Assembly: GCA_008632985.1 (NCBI GenBank) | Contig: QPGO01000215.1 | Span: 1-64,000 of the forward strand | Direction: 5' to 3' | Source of the DNA: Psammoneis japonica | Lineage: Eukaryota | Length of the DNA: 64,000 bases | In this document: piece after piece, positions 13,399 to 26,751 of the stretch | Layout: the number at the start of each line of letters is the position of its first letter | How positions within the stretch are numbered: position 1 is the stretch's first letter | Program-made: the position numbers and the translations under genes | The notes under the pieces: model-generated | The model's database searches: none | Told to the model about the DNA's origin: nothing | The model's input: only the letters and a program-made list of their open reading frames with translations

Positions 13399-14030
13399 CC
13401 CCACCTCAAACCAAGCAAAAGCAGGCATGGAGCAGCGCCGCCAAAACTTGCAGACAGGCTCAAGTCCCACTCTGGCACTCAACTCTCAGCTTGTGCTCCG
13501 CACAAAACCCTCAGACAATGCTTGGCTCCAATTGGCACCCAGAGGACTCAGTTGAAGAAACTCTGACACAAGAGCAACAGCTCTTTTCCTTTGATCTTGT
13601 TGACATGATCATGTGGAACCATGGAGATGCTGCCGTGCACGTCATCTCTCCTTGATGACCTGTGTTCTCCCTGGCTGGACCTTTCTCACCAAACAGCTCA
13701 CATTGTCAAATGTGGGCGCAGCTGAAACACAAATTGGCTCATCTTGTGTGGCCCGCAAGCTCTTGGCGGTGGCAGGTTTTGACCGCCAGACATCAAAAAA
13801 GGAGTTGCTCAATTGCGGGTGCTGCTCAAGCATTCCAGAGGTGTCACACATTTTCATCTGGGAGAGGATCAACCCCACAAATTGCTGCACATTGCAGTCT
13901 CATGGATCCAACTGAACTTGGGGACAGGCGTGAGCTTCTTGTGGGGTGCAGATGCTGTTCTCCTGCACATGGAATCGTGTTGGTTTGCTTCCGTCAGTGC
14001 GTTCTTGCGCAGAATTCAAGGCAAACTCAT
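13399..14030. repeat. Unclassified dispersed repeat segments
   Basis: 13399-13760 recurs at 45741-46130. 13700-14030 recurs inverted at ~22710-23000 and ~48245-48515. Confidence 0.7.
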
Positions 14031-14205
14031 GTTGTTTTAAGAAAGACAAACGTGTCATTTCAACAAAAATGTCAATTCAAGGAAAACAAACATGTTCTTT
14101 CAAGGAAAACAAGTGTGTCTTTTAAAGGAAAACAAACACGTCGTTTCAAAGAAAACAAACATGTTGTTCCAAAGAAAACAAGCGTGTCTTTTCAAGACAA
14201 ACAAA

Positions 14206-14601
14206 GACGGGTTCCAGTCCCAGGTGGGACTTTTTGTGACATTGGGCCCGCAGAATTCTGCGTGCGAGCTCCACAGTAAAATTGTCAAGCAATGCATGCA
14301 TGAATGATCGCCAACAGAAAAAGAGGCAATTTTGCGAACGCATCTCCTCCTCCACACTTGAAGCACATTCTTTACAGTGTGCCCGGGTGCATTCTTTAGA
14401 CATTAAAGAACATGCCCAGTGCATTTTTGTTGACACAAGTGCAGACAACAGAAAGCCTTTGGCTTCGCAAAACAGGCAGTGTGGAACAATTTTTTACAAC
14501 GGAACACGTAGAAATGTGCGTGCGAAACATGCGACGGATGACAAAAAACAATTGTGTCACAGTTCAGCAGTGCAAGGTCCCACCTGGAGCTGGAACACGT
14601 C
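14206..14601. mobile_element. MITE family 1-related, inserted in satellite, TSD CAAA
   Basis: CAAA|GACGGGTTCCAGTCCCAGGTGGGAC ... GTCCCACCTGGAGCTGGAACACGTC|CAAA. Body resembles 59675-60072. Confidence 0.88.
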
Positions 14602-15097
14602 CAAACACGTCATTTCAAGGAAAACAAACATGTCTTTTCAAGGAAAACAAACATGTCGTTTCAAGGAAAACAAGCATGTGGTTTCAAGGAAAACAAACAT
14701 GTCTTGAAAACAAACATGTCTTTTTAAGGAAAACAAACATGTCTTTTCAAGGAAAACAAGCACGTTGTTTCAAGGAAAACAAACATGTGTTTTCAAGGAA
14801 AACAAATGTGTCTTTTCAGGGAAAACAAACACGTCTTTTCAAGGAAAACAAACATGTCGTTTCAAGGAAAACAAACATGTCTTTTCAAGGAAAACAAACG
14901 TGTTGTTTCAAGGAAAAAAATGTGTCTTTTCAAGGAAAACAAACGTGTTGTTTCAAGGAAAACGAACATGTGGTTTCAAGGAAAACAAACATGTCTTTTC
15001 AATGAAAACAAACATGTCCTGAAAACAAACATGTCTTTTTAAGGAAAACAAACATGTCTTTTCAAGGAAAACATGCTTGTTTTCCTTGAAAGGACAT
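14602..15097 (+). repeat. 23-bp satellite array ending in a head-to-head inversion
   Basis: TTCAAGGAAAACATGCTTGTTTTCCTTGAA at ~15061-15090. Confidence 0.93.
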
Positions 15098-16822
15098 GCT
15101 CAGTTGGACAAATGCTGTGTGATGATGCTGTGCACAACACATGCCTGAATGTGTGTGCAGAGAAGGGGCTCAACAGCTGGCTGAGTGGCAACTTCTTTGC
15201 CTCTTGGGTTGTTGAGAACCTCCTGCACTCGCCAGGACAGTGTGCAGTGTTCTGAGTGGTTGTGAGTCTTTGCGCTTCCTGAGGTCGCTGGCTTGAATCG
15301 GCCTCAAATCCAAGCCTCCTTTTCTTTCTCAGCCTGCCCCTTTCCAACCCCATCTGGGGTGGGCGGCTGGGCTTCGAGCCCGCTCCTCCCTTGGCCGGAT
15401 GCGCCACATGGCGCTGGCCCATCCTGCCCAACATGGGGAGTGCATGGTCAAATTTGTGAGTCCTCTGTGCGGATGCGCCACATGGTGACAACCCATCCTG
15501 CAACGAGAGGGAGAGTTGGACAAATGCTGTGTGACGATGCTGTGCACAACACATGCCCAAATGTGTGCGCGGAGAAGGGACTCAACAGCCAGCCGAGTGG
15601 CAACTTCTTTGCCTCTTGGGTTGTTGAGAACCTCCTGCACTCACCAGGACAGTGTGCAGCGTTCTGAGTGGTTGTGAGTCTTTGCGCTTCCTGAGGTCAC
15701 TGGCTGAATTGGCCTCAAATCCAAGCCTCCTTTTCTTTCTCGCCTGCCCCTTTCCAACCCCATCCGGGGTGGGCGGCTGGGCTTCGAACCCACTCCTCCC
15801 TTGGCCGGATGCGCCACATGGCACCAACCCATCCTGCCTGACAGAGGAGTGCATGGTCAAATTCGCAAGTCCGCTGTGCAGATGCGCCACATGGCGACAA
15901 CCCATCCTGCAATGAGAGGGAGAGTTGGACAAATGCTGTGTGATGATGCTGTGCACAACACACGCATCAGAGTGCACGAAATGTTAAAAATGTGTGGATT
16001 TGCATGATGACAATTTGTCAAAATGTTGCAAAAAATTGTTGTCGCACAATGACAGGCCAACCTCTGGTTGCAAGTTTGCTGTGCCAATGTCACAACAACT
16101 TGTTGAGAATCATGTGTGCCATTTTTCACTGTGTCCACATCGCCATTTCTGCCTCCACCTTGTTGCCATGTGCCAATCTGTGATTGCACTGCCACACAAT
16201 CCTTGGTTTGTCAATTTTTGCAAACAGGGGTGTGATCACAGAACCACTTGTGTGCCTGCTTGTTCCTTCATTTGCTGCCGGCGACAGTGTCTGGGCTGGG
16301 CGGATCCCATGTCGGCACAATCGGGATGTCTTTCTTTTCATTCTTGTCATGGCTTGACTTTTTCCTGCCTTGCTTTTTCCTCTTGACTGCCGCCTTGAGT
16401 TTCTTTTCTTTTTCCTTTCCCTCTTCCTTGGTGACAACGCCTGCACAGACAAAGCATCACCGTCATCTTCTTGTGAGATGCGCGCAACTCTCGAGTCACA
16501 CACATTGGTCACCCAACTTGCGGGCCATTGCCTCCGCCCCAACAGCCGAACACACCGTGTTTCTGAGATTGTCAACTTGCCTTTTTGCCACCTTTTTTGC
16601 CCATTCCTCCCAAGTTCCTGACCAATTTGAAGTGTCCATGTTGCCACCAGCAATCTGTTTCTTGACAAACATTGAGACGCTCCCATTGCTTGCCAATTCT
16701 GACGGGCTGAGAAACTTCACCTGTGGAAAGAGATCATTTCCAGCCACCTTCTCCTCTTCTGGTTTCAGCGCACCATGCGCTGCCTGCATGCCCGTTCTCT
16801 TCAACACTGCCTGAAGTCTCGG
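15098..16822 (-). repeat. Composite repeat A, inverted copy with two ~410-bp units
   Basis: Reverse complement of 23226-24751, extended. Confidence 0.85.
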
Positions 16823-17945
16823 GCTGCAGTGCATCCTTGCTCTGAAGAGTGTGCGCCAATGAGGAATGTCCCCATTTGCGTGGCTGCTGCCATGTGGGTT
16901 GATCCAGCCAATGGACAGCCACGCCCACTGCCAGCCCACGAGGCTGTGTTTTTCAGGGAAAGAATGACTGACACCCTGCTGTGCCCCAGCCAACTGTGAG
17001 CAAGTGAGCTGACTGTCCACGACACCCCTCGCCAGTTTGATCCCAACAGCGCGCACTCTGTTGTTTTCCTTGACTTGAAAATCAGGGTGCATTTGCGCGC
17101 GCAAGGTGTTGCTTTGGTCTTTGACTCACACGAGCTGACTCAGGAGGACATGGAGAACCTCCCCCAGCTGGAACTGACACCATCCCTTGGATGGGAACCT
17201 TCTGCTGATGCCATGGCGCAAAAGGAGGAAGAGCGTGCATGCGTCAGTGTGTGCCAAGGACCGTCAAAGTCCAGTGGACAGCTGACAATGATGAGTGCAA
17301 CCAGGTGCATTGCTTCGGCTTGTTCGTGTCAGACATCCCATCACAATGAGAGCGTCATTGTGGGTGCAAATGACGACGATTCTCTGCATTGCTGCTTGGC
17401 TGCTCAGGCCAGTGCATCTCACAATGACACTGGGGGAGACCGGCCACATGAACGGAACAATCTGGACGTCCACCTGGATTGTGCCAAGTGGAAAGGGGTG
17501 CATGCACTGTTGACCTTGAGTCGTGCATCGACTGTCACGCCGGAGATGCTCTCCAAGAGGTGGAACATTGGTCTGACGGCTGCCAAGAACACCCTCAGAG
17601 TGACGCCCAGGCAGGGGTCTGCAACTTCAAGATCATGGGTTGAGTGAGCACTGGGTGCACGCTCACGGACAGAAGTGTTCGCGAGCCGGAGGAGCGCTTG
17701 GGCACCCAGATCAGAAAGTGCCAGTTGTCTGACTTGGAAAGCAAGGCACGCTGGGCCATGTCCTCTGACCTTTGAGTCAAATGGGCATTGGCTGATGTTG
17801 AGTTGGAGCTCAAGCAAATTGACAGGTGTCCGACAAATGTGTCGACGCCCTTGAGCTTGGGAAACAGGCCTGAACTGGATGGCTTGCCTGAGTTAAATGC
17901 CAAAACGGCCAACTGTCATCAAGGCTTTCTTGGCATGCTCCAAGT
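16823..17945 (+). pseudogene. Copia family B-like pol fragment (protease, linker, then a jump to RT)
   Basis: TVTPEMLSKRWNIGLTAAKNTLRVT, and later STPLSLGNRPELD. Confidence 0.75.
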
Positions 17946-18115
17946 TGTTTGTTTTTCTTGAAAAGACATGTTTGTTTTTGTCAAAAAGACATGTTTGTTT
18001 TCCTTGAAACAACGCGTTTGTTTTCCTTCCTTGAAAAGACATGTTTGTTTTCCTTGAAAAGACACGTTTGTTTTCTTTGAAACAACATGTTTGTTTTCCT
18101 TTAAACGACATGTTT
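17946..18115 (-). repeat. 23-bp satellite array
   Basis: Tandem monomers. Confidence 0.9.
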
Positions 18116-18415
18116 GACGCATTCCAGGTCCAGGTGGGACCTCGCACTGCTGAACTGTGACATCGACAGTTTTTTGAATCACGTCGCATGTCGCGCACGT
18201 AGATTTCTACGTGATTTTTTTGACATTTTGTGTCATTTTACGGTGCACTTGTTGAGCGATCCATCCAACAACTTTTGACATTTTTTGTTACAGCGCGATT
18301 CTACAATGTCTTAAGAATCGTGCAGGGCAGGTGCATTTGCAAAAATGTTGAGTGGCAAGAGGCATGATTGTGCCACAAACTTGGCCGTTTGTTTGATGTT
18401 GAAGACAAACACATT
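18116..18415. mobile_element. Truncated MITE family 1
   Basis: One TIR (GACGCATTCCAGGTCCAGGTGGGAC). Body matches 7368-7665. Confidence 0.8.
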
Positions 18416-21400
18416 GAAAGACCCGATCTGAACCGTCCAATCTGGTGGCTGCTTGTTTTCTTCCTGACATTGTCGCAGAATGCCAGAATCGCGCAGGTGT
18501 CCGGATTGCAAAAGATTCCACATGTGCGAGCATCTCCCGTTGAAAACCTGTCTCCAACCAACGTCCAATTGAGCTCACCAAAGTTCCTTGCATCGACAGT
18601 CCACATTGTCAAAGCACGTCATTTCGTCATCAAACCAGGCTTGAAGCATGTCCAGGAGGAAGTCTCGGAGAGCAGGCACAGCGTCGATCTTGTTGCAGCA
18701 GCATCAAAGACCCTGCAGGAACTTCCTTCTCCACTGTTTGTTGTTTGGACACCAAAGCATGTGGTCCCTGTCTTCCATCGGATGCTCACATGTGATGCAT
18801 TGGTGCGGTCGAACTGGGTTGTGTTGATTTGCAATCTTGTCAGTTGGCAGCAAGTCATGGACCAGTTTGACTGTGTCAACATGCTGTTGTGAGTGACGTT
18901 TCACCAGAACCGCGTGAGCATTCCAGTCGACAAGGTCAACCACTGAAGGATCCCATTTGTTCCGTTCGACAACATGTTGCATCAATTCAGGAGCAGCAGC
19001 AGCGCACCGAATTTGTTTCTTGCAATTCGTCGTGATTGCACCCCCGTCGATCTCCAGATGCAAGTGGCAATGTGGCAGGTGCTTGACCTGATTCGTGTCG
19101 TGCAGGCAATGTCCTTGGCAAGCTCCTGCCAATTTGTCCGCTCGGATGTTAACTCTGGCATTTAACGGCAATGAGTGGACGGGAGATTGCCTGTCTTGAT
19201 GTCCTTTTGCCCATCGCACTGGAGGCAGAGCGAGATTGGCTGCATCCGACAGTTGCGTCAAAGCTTGCTGGGTGTGGAGGATCTCATTCAAAATGTCCCA
19301 ATCCAGAGCGACAGCGTTGGCCCCATGGCAGCGAATGTGAAAGTCATGTTGTTCGCATGCGTCGTTCTTGAGATCACTCACCGGCAGGATGGGAGTCAAT
19401 TCAGACAAACAGTCAACCAGTGCTTTGTCATCGCAATGAATCACTGCATCCAAAGGAACGGCAACGCGGCAGCATTCGCACAGCCGGCAGATGAATCTTG
19501 CAATGGATGGAATGCCGCAAGCTTCTGCGTGGTGAGAGGACGGAGTCTTCCCAAAAACTGGCCCTGCACAATCCACTGGTGGTGCACCATCCATGGCAAT
19601 GGTCCACCCAAAGGTGGCTCCTTCTTGGACCGATCCATCACTGCCTGCGGTGAGATGAGACGAAAGAAAGTGTCGAGCCACTGTTCGTGGAGAAACATGA
19701 AAGACCAAGTCTTCAAATGGCACAGATTCCCACTTGTCGAGTCCCTGAAGATGCGACAGAAAGGAATCTGGAGTGGTCGGAGAGTGGAAAGCGGTTGATG
19801 AAGTGCACGGGATCTCGAAATGGCAGACACCTCAACTGGACAAGAAGAATCGGAAGGATGTGGTGCAGTCTCCATCTCTCTGACAGAATCAGCGATGGTC
19901 CTGTTTGCTTGAAATGTGTCACAACCGGTTGGAGAGCGCACATGCAAGTGTTCCTTGGATGGAGAAAAGCACGCAGTTGACTGCACTCTCATCTGGGATG
20001 GTGGCAGAAGCCAATCTCCTGGGGGTTCCTTCAAGCGCAGTGACTTCGGATGGCACAGGGCTGAACAAAATTTCTTCCAGACTTTCCATGCTTGCTGGCA
20101 TGGCTTGCACTGCTCGATGTTGTTGAGTGCACCAACACTGCTCTGCAATGACGGTTCCCCTTGTGCTTTTGACCCATCCAGCGTCATTCCATCCGACAGA
20201 GCAACATCTGAAACAGACAAGACTTTCAGGTGCAGACGGCAACAGAAAAGATTTCCACTTCGATGTCATCGTGGTGAGGGCAGATGCATGGTTCGCCACA
20301 TTCAGTGAAGTCCCACTCGATGGTGTGGAAAGAACATTTTGGCAGTTCTGGTTTGTGCCCGGCCGCATCCAGTGGATCACACCACAACTGGTTGTCCGAT
20401 TGTAGAGATTGAGACAACTCGAAAGCAGAAGGCTGAGGGCTGGCTCTAAAGTCGTTCACTTGCTTGGAAGTGTCGTCGACATGTCCTCGGTTGAAAACTC
20501 AAATGCAAAACTGTCCGTCCGGGGTTTCGAAATGTGATCCGACAGCTTCTGCGTCAAAAACATCAAAGAGTCTGCTGCACAGAGTGTTCCAGTGCCAGGG
20601 AGAATTTCCACTGCCTTGTCCTGTTCCACACAAAGGACACTCAGAGGAATGAGAACAACATCGTTGGGCGAGTCCCAGAAGAGTGCGCAACCAGTGGCGC
20701 GCGTGATGCAAAGTCGCCATGTTGACTTTGACTGCTCTTTTGTGCATGCCATTGCTCTTCGCACACAATCTGACAATTGCTGGAATGTTCCTGTTGTGGC
20801 AAGAAGTGCAATCGTCGTCGCTGGTTGGCGAAGTCTTCCTGGATGCGCGTGAAATCTCCATCATTGGATTTTCAAGAAACACTGGTGTTTGAGCGGAGAG
20901 GAATGATCTGCATCCGTAGATCCCTGGGTTGCACACGCGACAGTGCTCCACATGTTGAGCCAACTCTTGCCACTTGACGCTTGCAATCAATTGGAAATCT
21001 GCCTCGTAAACATGAATCACTTGCAATCTGTGAATCTTGTTGTTGCCTGGTTCTTTGAAAATCATCACATTCACAATGTCTTTCCACCGTTCGTATGAGC
21101 AGCCCCACTTCAGAGTGCAATTGATCAAGTTGAGCCGCATTGCCACAAGAGTCTGTTGAGCCGAATCCAGCAGTTCTTTCTGCTTGGATGGATTCCCGTC
21201 GTCGTCGTAATCAGATGCATGAGAATGAGGAGCATGCACAGCTTTCCAATGCCCCAAATGAATCCCCGATTTCAATGATGCAGAGGTGGATTCAGACCAC
21301 AATGCAATCTTTGACCGCAGGGCTTCAGGAGAAAGGGCGCCAGGAACTGCTGGGGGTGTGTTGTCGTCGGAGATGCTGGATCAGCAATGATGCAGCCCGG

Positions 21401-22060
21401 CTCAGTTGTTCCGTTTTGCACTCACTGTCTGAGATCAGGTCAGCCATGATGGCATCTCCTTCACATCCGAGATCCACTGACAAGACAGGAACCGTGGGAG
21501 GAGTTCCATGTGCCTGCCCGAAATGGCGTTGATTGCGGTGCTGAAGTGCAGATTCGACGTCGTCTGGAGCGTCTGTCGTCGTCCAATTCTCACATGTCTT
21601 TGGATCATCTCGAGGATCTGCTGGAATTTGAACAGTTTGCACGCTGGAGTCTTCTGACTTTTTGCACGCGTTGATTTTCCAAAAGACTCATTTGGTTTCT
21701 TCGGCGCAGCGTTGGTTTCGTAGCATTCGGGCTTTCGCCTTCGACTGTTTCGTGCATTCTGGCTCGAGTTCTGCGATCCGTGCATCTCTTTCTTCTTCAC
21801 GGTGTTTCTGACTCTCTCGCGCAACTTCAGCGGCAATCTCAATGAACTCTGACGCAAGAAAAGAACATGAGCCAGTGCGCATGCAGAGGTTTGGGTGTTG
21901 AGCAACAAATGACAACGGAAGAGACAGCAACGCAACTTGCTTTGATGCTGAAAACAAGCTCACCTGCATCTCTTCCGCGCCCCCCTTCTGCAATTCAAAG
22001 CACATTCACAGCTGCAATGTCTCAAACAGCGGCGACAACAGCAATGGCATGAACGTGGTC
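18416..22060 (-). mobile_element. Degraded non-LTR retrotransposon (LINE) with RT, RNase H and a C-terminal Cys/His motif
   Basis: RT: SGIHLGHWK, MIFKEPGNNKIHRLQVIHVYEAD, GTGQGSGNSP. RNase H: SDGSV, AEACG, HCD, WAKGHQD, NIRADKLA. C-terminal CITC...EDRDHMLWC. Frameshifted; boundaries approximate. Confidence 0.85.
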
Positions 22061-22231
22061 AAATTGCAGCAGCAGAAGCAGCAGCATCGACAGCAAGCAC
22101 ATGAATGGAGCCAAAAATGAGTTGGACAATGGAAGGCATCACCCACCATGGCGGTTCTGCCACAGCGGTGAATGCAACAACATCAATGTGGCTCTGTTGG
22201 TGTTGCAGCGCCGATGTGATGGTGGGCATGG

Positions 22232-22712
22232 CACGCTTGTTTTCCTTGAAAAGACACGCTTGTTTTCCTTGAAACAACATGTTTGTTTTCCTTGAAACGA
22301 CATGTTTGTTTTCCCTGAAACAGCGCGTTTGTTTTTCTTGAAAACACATGTTTGTTTTCCTTGAAAAGACATGTTTGTTTTCCTTGAAACCACATGTTTG
22401 TTTTCCCTGAAACGACACATTTGTTTTCCTTGAAAAGACACGCTTGTTTTCCTTGAAACGACGTGTTTGTTCTCCTTGAAACCACGTGTTTGTTTTCCTT
22501 GAAACCACATGTTTGTTTTCCTTGAAAACACACGTTTGTTTTCCTTGAAAAGACATGTTTGTTTTCCTTGAAACGACATGTTTGTTGAGATGACTTTGAA
22601 GCAACATGTTTGTTTTCTTTGAAACGACGCGTTTGTTTTCCTTCAAAAGACACACTTGTTTTCCCATGACATTTTTGTTTTGAAATGACGTGTTTGTTTT
22701 TCTTGAAACAAC
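22232..22712 (-). repeat. 23-bp satellite array
   Basis: Tandem monomers. Confidence 0.93.
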
Positions 22713-23001
22713 ATGAGTGTGCCTTGAATTCTGTGCAAGAGCGCACTGACGGAAGCAAACCAACACGATTCCATGTGCAGGAGAACAGCATCTGTGCCCC
22801 ACAAGAAGCTTGCACCTGTCCCCAAGTGCAGTTGGATCCATGAGACTGCAATGTGCAGCAATTTGTGGGGTTGACCATCTCCCAGATGAAGATGTGTGAT
22901 GCCTCTGGAATGCTTGAGCAGCGCCCACAATTGAGCAACTCCTTGTTTGATGTCTGGCGGTCAAAATGAGTTGTTTTGTGCTTCAGCTGCACCCACATTT
23001 G

Positions 23002-23225
23002 AACATGTTTGTTTTTCTTGAAAAGACATGTTTGTTTTCTCTGAAAAGACATGTTTGTTTTCCTTGAAACAACGCGTTTGTTTTCCTTGAAACGATGTGC
23101 TTGTTTTCCTTGAAAAGACATGTTTGTTTTCTTTGAAACGACATGTTTGTTTTTCTTTAAACGACATGTTTGTTTTCCTTGAAACCACGTGTTTGTTTTC
23201 CTTGAAACGACACGTTTGTTTTCCT
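23002..23225 (-). repeat. 23-bp satellite array
   Basis: Tandem monomers. Confidence 0.93.
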
Positions 23226-24751
23226 CAAATTGGTCAGGAACTTGGGAGGAATGGGCAAAAAAGGCGGCAAAAAGGCAAGTTGACAATCTCAGAAACACGG
23301 TGTGTTCGGCTGCTGGGGCGGAGGCAATGGCCCGTAAGTTGGGTGACCAATGTGTGTGACTCGAGAGTTGCGCGCATCTCACAAGAAGATGACGGTGATG
23401 CTTTGTCTGTGCAGGCGTTGTCGCCAAGGAAGAGGGAAAGGAAAAAGAAAAGAAACTCAAGGCTGCAGTCAAGAGGAAAAAGCAAGGCAGGAAAAAGTCA
23501 AGCCATGACAAGAATGAAAAGAAAGACATCCCGATTGTGCCGACATGGGATCCGCGTGGCCCAGACACTGTCGCTGGCAGCAAACAAAGGAACAAGCAGG
23601 CACGCAAGTGGTTCTGTGATCACACCCCTGTTTGCAAAAATTGACAAACCAAGGATTGTGTGGCAGTGCAATCATGGATTGGCACATGGCAACAAGGTGG
23701 AGGCAGAAATGGTGATGTGGGCACAGTGAAAAATGGCACACATGATTCTCAACAAGTTGTCGCGACATTGGCACAGCAAACTTGCAACCAGAGGTTGGAG
23801 TGTCATTGTGCTACAACAATTTTTTGCAACATTTTGACAAATTGTCATCATGCAAATCCACACATTTTTGGCATTTCGCGCACTCTGATGCGTGTGTTGT
23901 GCACAGCATCATCACACAGCATTTGTCCAACTCTCCCTCTCATCACAGGATGGGTTGTCGCCATGTGGCACATCTGCACAGCGGACTTGCAAATTAGACC
24001 ATGCACTCCCTCTGTCAGGCAGGATGGGTTGGTGCCATGTGGCGCATCCGGCCAAGGGAGGAGTGGGTTCGAAGCCCAGCCGCCCACCCCGGATGGGGTT
24101 GGAAAGGGGCAGGCCGAGAAAGAAAAGGAGGCTTGGATTTGAGGCCAATTCGAGCCAGCAACCTCAGGAAGTGCAAAGACTCACAACCAGTCAGAACGCT
24201 GCACACTGTCCTGGCGAGTGCAGGAGGTTCTCAACAACCCAAGAGGCAAAGAAGTTGCCACTCGGCTGGCTGTTGAGTCCCTTCTCTGCGCACACATTTG
24301 GGCATGTGTTGTGCGCAGCATCGTCACACAGCATTTGTCCAACTCTCCATCTCGTCGCAGGATGGGTTGTCACCATGTGGCGCATCCGCACGGAGGACTC
24401 ATGAATTTGACCATGCACTCCCCATGTTGGGCAGGATGGGCCAGCGCCATGTGGCGCATCCGGCCAAGGGAGGAGCGGGCTCGAAGCCCAGCCGCCCACC
24501 CCAGATGGGGTTGGAAAGGGGCGGGCTGAGAAAAAAAGGAGGCTTGGATTTGAGGCCGATTCAAGCCAGCCACCTCATGAAGCACAAAGACTCGCAACCA
24601 CTCAGAACACTGCACACTGTCCTGGCGAGTGCAGGAGGTTCTCAACAACCCAAGAGGCAAAGAAGTTGCCACTCAGCCAGCTGTTGAGCCCCTTCTCCGC
24701 ACACACATTCAGGCATGTGTTGTGCACAGCATCGTCACACAGGTCCAACTG
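23226..24751 (+). repeat. Composite repeat A, 5'-truncated, with two ~412-bp units
   Basis: Unit starts recur at ~23892, ~24304 and ~24716. Confidence 0.85.
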
Positions 24752-26208
24752 AACATGTCCTTTCAAGGAAACCAAACATGTTTTCCTTGAAAAGACATGT
24801 TTGTTTTGATTGAAAAGACATGCTTGTTTTCCTTGAAACCACGTGTTTGTTTTCTTTTAAATGACACGTTTGTTTTCCTTGAAAAGACATGTTTGTTTTC
24901 TTTGAAACAACATGTTTGTTTTTCTTGAAAAGACATGTTTGTTTTCCTTGAAACGACATGTTTGTTTTCCTTGAAAAGACATGTTTGTTTTCCTTGAAAC
25001 GACACGTTTGTTTTCCTTGAAACGACACGTTTGTTTTCCTTGAAAGGACACGTTTGTTTTTCTTGAAAAGACACGCTCGTTTTCATTGAAAAGACATGCT
25101 TGTTTTCTGTGAAACAACATGTTTGTTTTCCTTGAAATCACATGTTTGTTTTTCTTGAAAACACATGTTTGTTTTCCTTGAAACGACATGTTTGTTTTCC
25201 TTGAAATGACATGTTTGCTTTCCTTAAAAATGCACCTTTGTTTTCCTTGAAAACACATGTTTGTTTTCCTTGAAACCACGTGTTTGTTTTCCTTGAAAAG
25301 ACATGTTTGTTTTCCTTGAAATGACACGTTTGTTTTCCATGAAACAACATGTTTGTTTTCCTTGAAACAACACGTTTGTTTTCCAAAACATGTTTGTTTT
25401 CTTTGAAACAACGCGTTTGTTTTCCATGAAACGACATGTTTGTTTTCCTTGAAACCACGTGTTTGTTTTCCTTGAAAACACATGTTTGTTTTCCTTGAAA
25501 CGACATGTTTGTTTTCCTTGAAATGATGTGTTTGTTTTCATTGAAAAGACCTGTTTGTTTTCCTTGAAAAGACACATTTGTTTTCTTTGAAACGAAACAT
25601 TTGTTTTCCTTGAAACGGCATGTTTGTTTTCTTTGAAAAGAAATGTTTGTTTTCAAGACATGTTTGTTTTCCTTGAAACCACATGTTTGTTTTCCTTGAA
25701 ATGACACGTTTGTTTTCCTTGAAAAGACACGCTTGTTTTCCTTAAAAAGACATGTTTGTTTTCCTTAAAAAGACATGCTTGTTTTCCATGAAACGACATG
25801 TTTGTTTTGCTTGAAACCAAATGTTTGTTTTTCTTGAAAACACATGTTTGTTTTCCTTCATACGACATGTTTGTTTTCCTTGAAACGACATGTTTGTTTT
25901 CCTTGAAAAGACTCCTTTGTTTTCTCTGAAAAGACATGCTTGTTTTCTGTGAAACAACATGTTTGTTTTCCTTGAAACCACATGTTTGTTTTCCTTGAAA
26001 CCACGTGTTTGTTTTCCTTGAAACCACGTGTTTGTTTTCCTTGAAAATGCATGTTTGCTTTCCTTGAAACGACACATTTGTTTTCCTTGAAACGACACTT
26101 TTGTTTTCCTGGAAACGACATGTTTGTTTTCCTTGAAAAGACACACTTGTTTTCCTTGAAATGACACATTTGTTTTCTCTGAAAAGACATGTTTGTTTTC
26201 CTTGAAAC
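24752..26208 (-). repeat. 23-bp satellite array
   Basis: Tandem monomers. The array continues in register after 32872. Confidence 0.97.
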
Positions 26209-26446
26209 CGAAAGAAATCCGATGTGTTGGATTTAGTTAGAGTGCTGTTGTTAGAGTGCTGTTGGCAACGGCTGGTGCTGAGCCAACCGTTGTGACGTGT
26301 TGTCGGAGGGAAGCGTTGGATTTCCCTCCAATGGCGCTCACTTGTTACGAGCAGTTGCAACAGGCCTGAGAGCATCTTTGGATCGTTGGATTGTTGTCAT
26401 GCCAGCACTGTGAGCAGCTGAGCCATTCGGCAGCTGGATTTGCTCG
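26209..26446 (+). repeat. 5' LTR
   Basis: Direct repeat of 32635-32872. Confidence 0.93.
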
Positions 26447-26461
26447 CTTCATCAGAGCCAG
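26447..26461 (+). promoter_or_regulatory. Primer-binding site (initiator tRNA-Met-like)
   Basis: CTTCATCAGAGCCAG immediately after the LTR. Resembles the canonical TGGTATCAGAGCC. Confidence 0.7.
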
Positions 26462-26751
26462 TGTCCGCACTCCGCGGTTTGGTGATGGAAAACGATGAAC
26501 AACGTGATTGTGACGGTCATGTCATGATGGCACGGTTTTGATGACGAATGCTGACCAACCTGAGGGTGTTCACCGTTGAGTGATGCCTTCGCATCAGTGT
26601 GCGCGCAAAGCAGTGGGAGACAAGGCCACATCACCGCACTCTCAAGGCCTGCGCGCATCGTCAACGCGATTTTGTGAACGTCAAAGTTTTGATGCACTTC
26701 TTCTGACACAACTGCTTTGTCTTGTGATGCTGTGATGAATCAGGTTTCACC

